DNA of 63,946 bases, the filler included, from Octopus bimaculoides (taxonomy: Eukaryota): the NCBI RefSeq assembly GCF_001194135.2. It is 8 parts of 7 records of this genome, joined end to end, with 100 filler letters (N's around TTAATTAATTAA, not from the genome) between each part and the next. Parts side by side here need not be neighbours in the genome. Positions count along the whole stretch, not along the records: positions 61,634 to 63,946 come from NW_026328498.1; 7 more parts are not named here. The stretch is one strand, 5' to 3'. The translations under genes and the position numbers were made by a program. The notes under the pieces were generated by a model, which had not been told where the DNA came from, did no database searches, and worked only from the letters and a program-made list of their open reading frames with translations. Positions 61,675-63,946 of the stretch are shown in pieces (within the stretch, counting starts at the first letter, position 1; each line of letters opens with the position of its first letter).

Positions 61675-63124
61675 TATATATACGCACACACACTATATAC
61701 ATAGATACATACATATAAATTTATTAGTGTGTGTATGTTTGGGAGTGGCTGTATACACGCATATGCACATACGTGTATTTTCTTTCCCCTACTAAACGGC
61801 AAATTTTTAACGAACTCTGATTTTTTTTTCTACTGTCAGTCAGTCAGTACATCGGCCTTCATACGTATTCATCAAAGTTCATTCCACTGGTCTTTTTGGG
61901 CTGCACCCACACACGGCAGTTTCTGAACAGTATTCAACTGTATAATAACCAGAAAGAATGTTCTTCTATAATGTTATTTGAATTCACAACAATTTTAAAC
62001 TCTTGTGCGCTGCAGAAACAAATGTTGTGATTTACTATTGAAGCCTGATACCCACCATCCTCGCGTTATACCATCCTTGTAATTAATCTTATCCAAAGAG
62101 GAGTTCCACATGTGTAACCAGTCCTGGAATATACCCTACTGTAAGATAACATGTGGTAGCCAAAGAACGACATAAGAACTCTTAAATGCATGTTACGAGG
62201 TTTTTACCTAAATTATACTATATATATATATATATATATATATNNNNNNNNNNNNNNNNNNNNNNNNNNNNNNNNNNNNNNNNNNNNNNNNNNNNNNNNN
62301 NNNNNNNNNNNNNNNNNNNNNNNNNNNNNNNNNNNNNNNNNNNNNNNNNNNNNNNNNNNNNNNNNNNNNNNNNNNNNNNNNNNNNNNNNNNNNNNNNNNN
62401 NNNNNNNNNNNNNNNNNNNNNNNNNNNNNNNNNNNNNNNNNNNNNNNNNNNNNNNNNNNNNNNNNNNNNNNNNNNNNNNNNNNNNNNNNNNNNNNNNNNN
62501 NNNNNNNNNNNNNNNNNNNNNNNNNNNNNNNNNNNNNNNNNNNNNNNNNNNNNNNNNNNNNNNNNNNNNNNNNNNNNNNNNNNNNNNNNNNNNNNNNNNN
62601 NNNNNNNNNNNNNNNNNNNNNNNNNNNNNNNNNNNNNNNNNNNNNNNNNNNNNNNNNNNNNNNNNNNNNNNNNNNNNNNNNNNNNNNNNNNNNNNNNNNN
62701 NNNNNNNNNNNNNNNNNNNNNNNNNNNNNNNNNNNNNNNNNNNNNNNNNNNNNNNNNNNNNNNNNNNNNNNNNNNNNNNNNNNNNNNNNNNNNNNNNNNN
62801 NNNNNNNNNNNNNNNNNNNNNNNNNNNNNNNNNNNNNNNNNNNNNNNNNNNNNNNNNNNNNNNNNNNNNNNNNNNNNNNNNNNNNNNNNNNNNNNNNNNN
62901 NNNNNNNNNNNNNNNNNNNNNNNNNNNNNNNNNNNNNNNNNNNNNNNNNNNNNNNNNNNNNNNNNNNNNNNNNNNNNNNNNNNNNNNNNNNNNNNNNNNN
63001 NNNNNNNNNNNNNNNNNNNNNNNNNNNNNNNNNNNNNNNNNNNNNNNNNNNNNNNNNNNNNNNNNNNNNNNNNNNNNNNNNNNNNNNNNNNNNNNNNNNN
63101 NNNNNNNNNNNNNNNNNNNNNNNN

Positions 63125-63163
<39 letters not shown>

Positions 63164-63946
63164 GTATATATATGTGTGTGTGTGTGTTTGTATGTCTGTG
63201 TTTGTCCCCCCCCCCACCATCGCTTGACACCAAAAGAATTAAAGGCAAAGTCGACCCCGTTGACATAATTTCTGAGAAATATCAAACGCTGTTGTGTCAC
63301 TTTTAGAATTGTTTTAATTAGATGCTGTTGTTGTTTGCGATTTAATTTATTTTAATTAAATGCTGTTGTTGGGTCTTTAATTTATTGACAATCAAAACAA
63401 GTTATTGCAATGCAATCAAATTATATTTATGCGTTTCAAATGGCAAAGAAATAGCTATGTGTGTGTGTATACGTACATACATAAATACGTACGTATATAC
63501 ATATGTACGCACAAACGCACACATATACATACGTGTATATATGTATATATGTGTGTATATACACACACATACACTACAGCTGTAAATCGTTTAACCCTAA
63601 TTAGTCCCTGATTAAAAAGATTTTCTTTAATTAAAAATAAAAAAAAAATAACATTCACTTTTATAGATTCCGGCTGTTTGATGTTCAAAATAAATAAATA
63701 AATAAATAAATAAGATCAATATAAAAAAATATAATGATAAAATAAACACGTGCGAGGGGTTAAAAAAAACCTCCGCTAAAACGCAGAAGTGCCTAATTCT
63801 CTGATACAATAGTGTGTTGTTTGAGGGTGACTCGACTGCTATTTCCAGTACAGTGAGTGACCACATAGAGGCAAGGGAAGTTGGAGCAATAATCAAACTC
63901 TAGACTGGATTCGAACAGAGAATCTTCTGTCGGTGTGTGCATATAT

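Noticed and set aside
63591-63763. TTAA-CCCT ... AGGGG-TTAA resembling a piggyBac MITE
   Set aside because: The inverted match is only 3-4 nt beyond TTAA; too short for a TIR.

Overview
AT-rich, microsatellite-saturated animal genomic DNA with many N-gaps, most likely octopus. That assignment is an inference from the tRNA-derived SINE families, the (TA)/(CA)/(TACA) density and a mollusc-type 5S sequence. I could not support any intact host protein-coding gene; nearly all long ORFs in the track are artefacts of N-gaps or microsatellites. The window is mostly decayed mobile elements: Penelope-like (PLE) RT and GIY-YIG fragments, two R4/Dong-like RLE LINE fragments stacked in a (TAA)n tract, a CR1/L2-like RT, Tc1 and mariner transposase pseudogenes, a Gypsy-like RNase H, LTR-like pieces and about 20 SINE copies. 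The main points of interest are five. (1) At least four different families of minimal type I hammerhead ribozyme motifs, two of them inside long head-to-head palindromes (31.9-32.4 kb and 52.6-53.0 kb). (2) A multi-hairpin domain with compensatory changes, shared downstream of two divergent hammerheads (6.1-6.3 kb and 52.85-53.03 kb). (3) A tandem unit made of a SINE head, a full-length 5S rRNA copy and A10 (7.17-7.44 kb). (4) A tRNA-Gly/SINE-tail chimera. (5) A LINE-like 3' end found twice next to (CATA)n tracts, suggesting microsatellite targeting. All family assignments come from reading and translating by eye; no database search was run.
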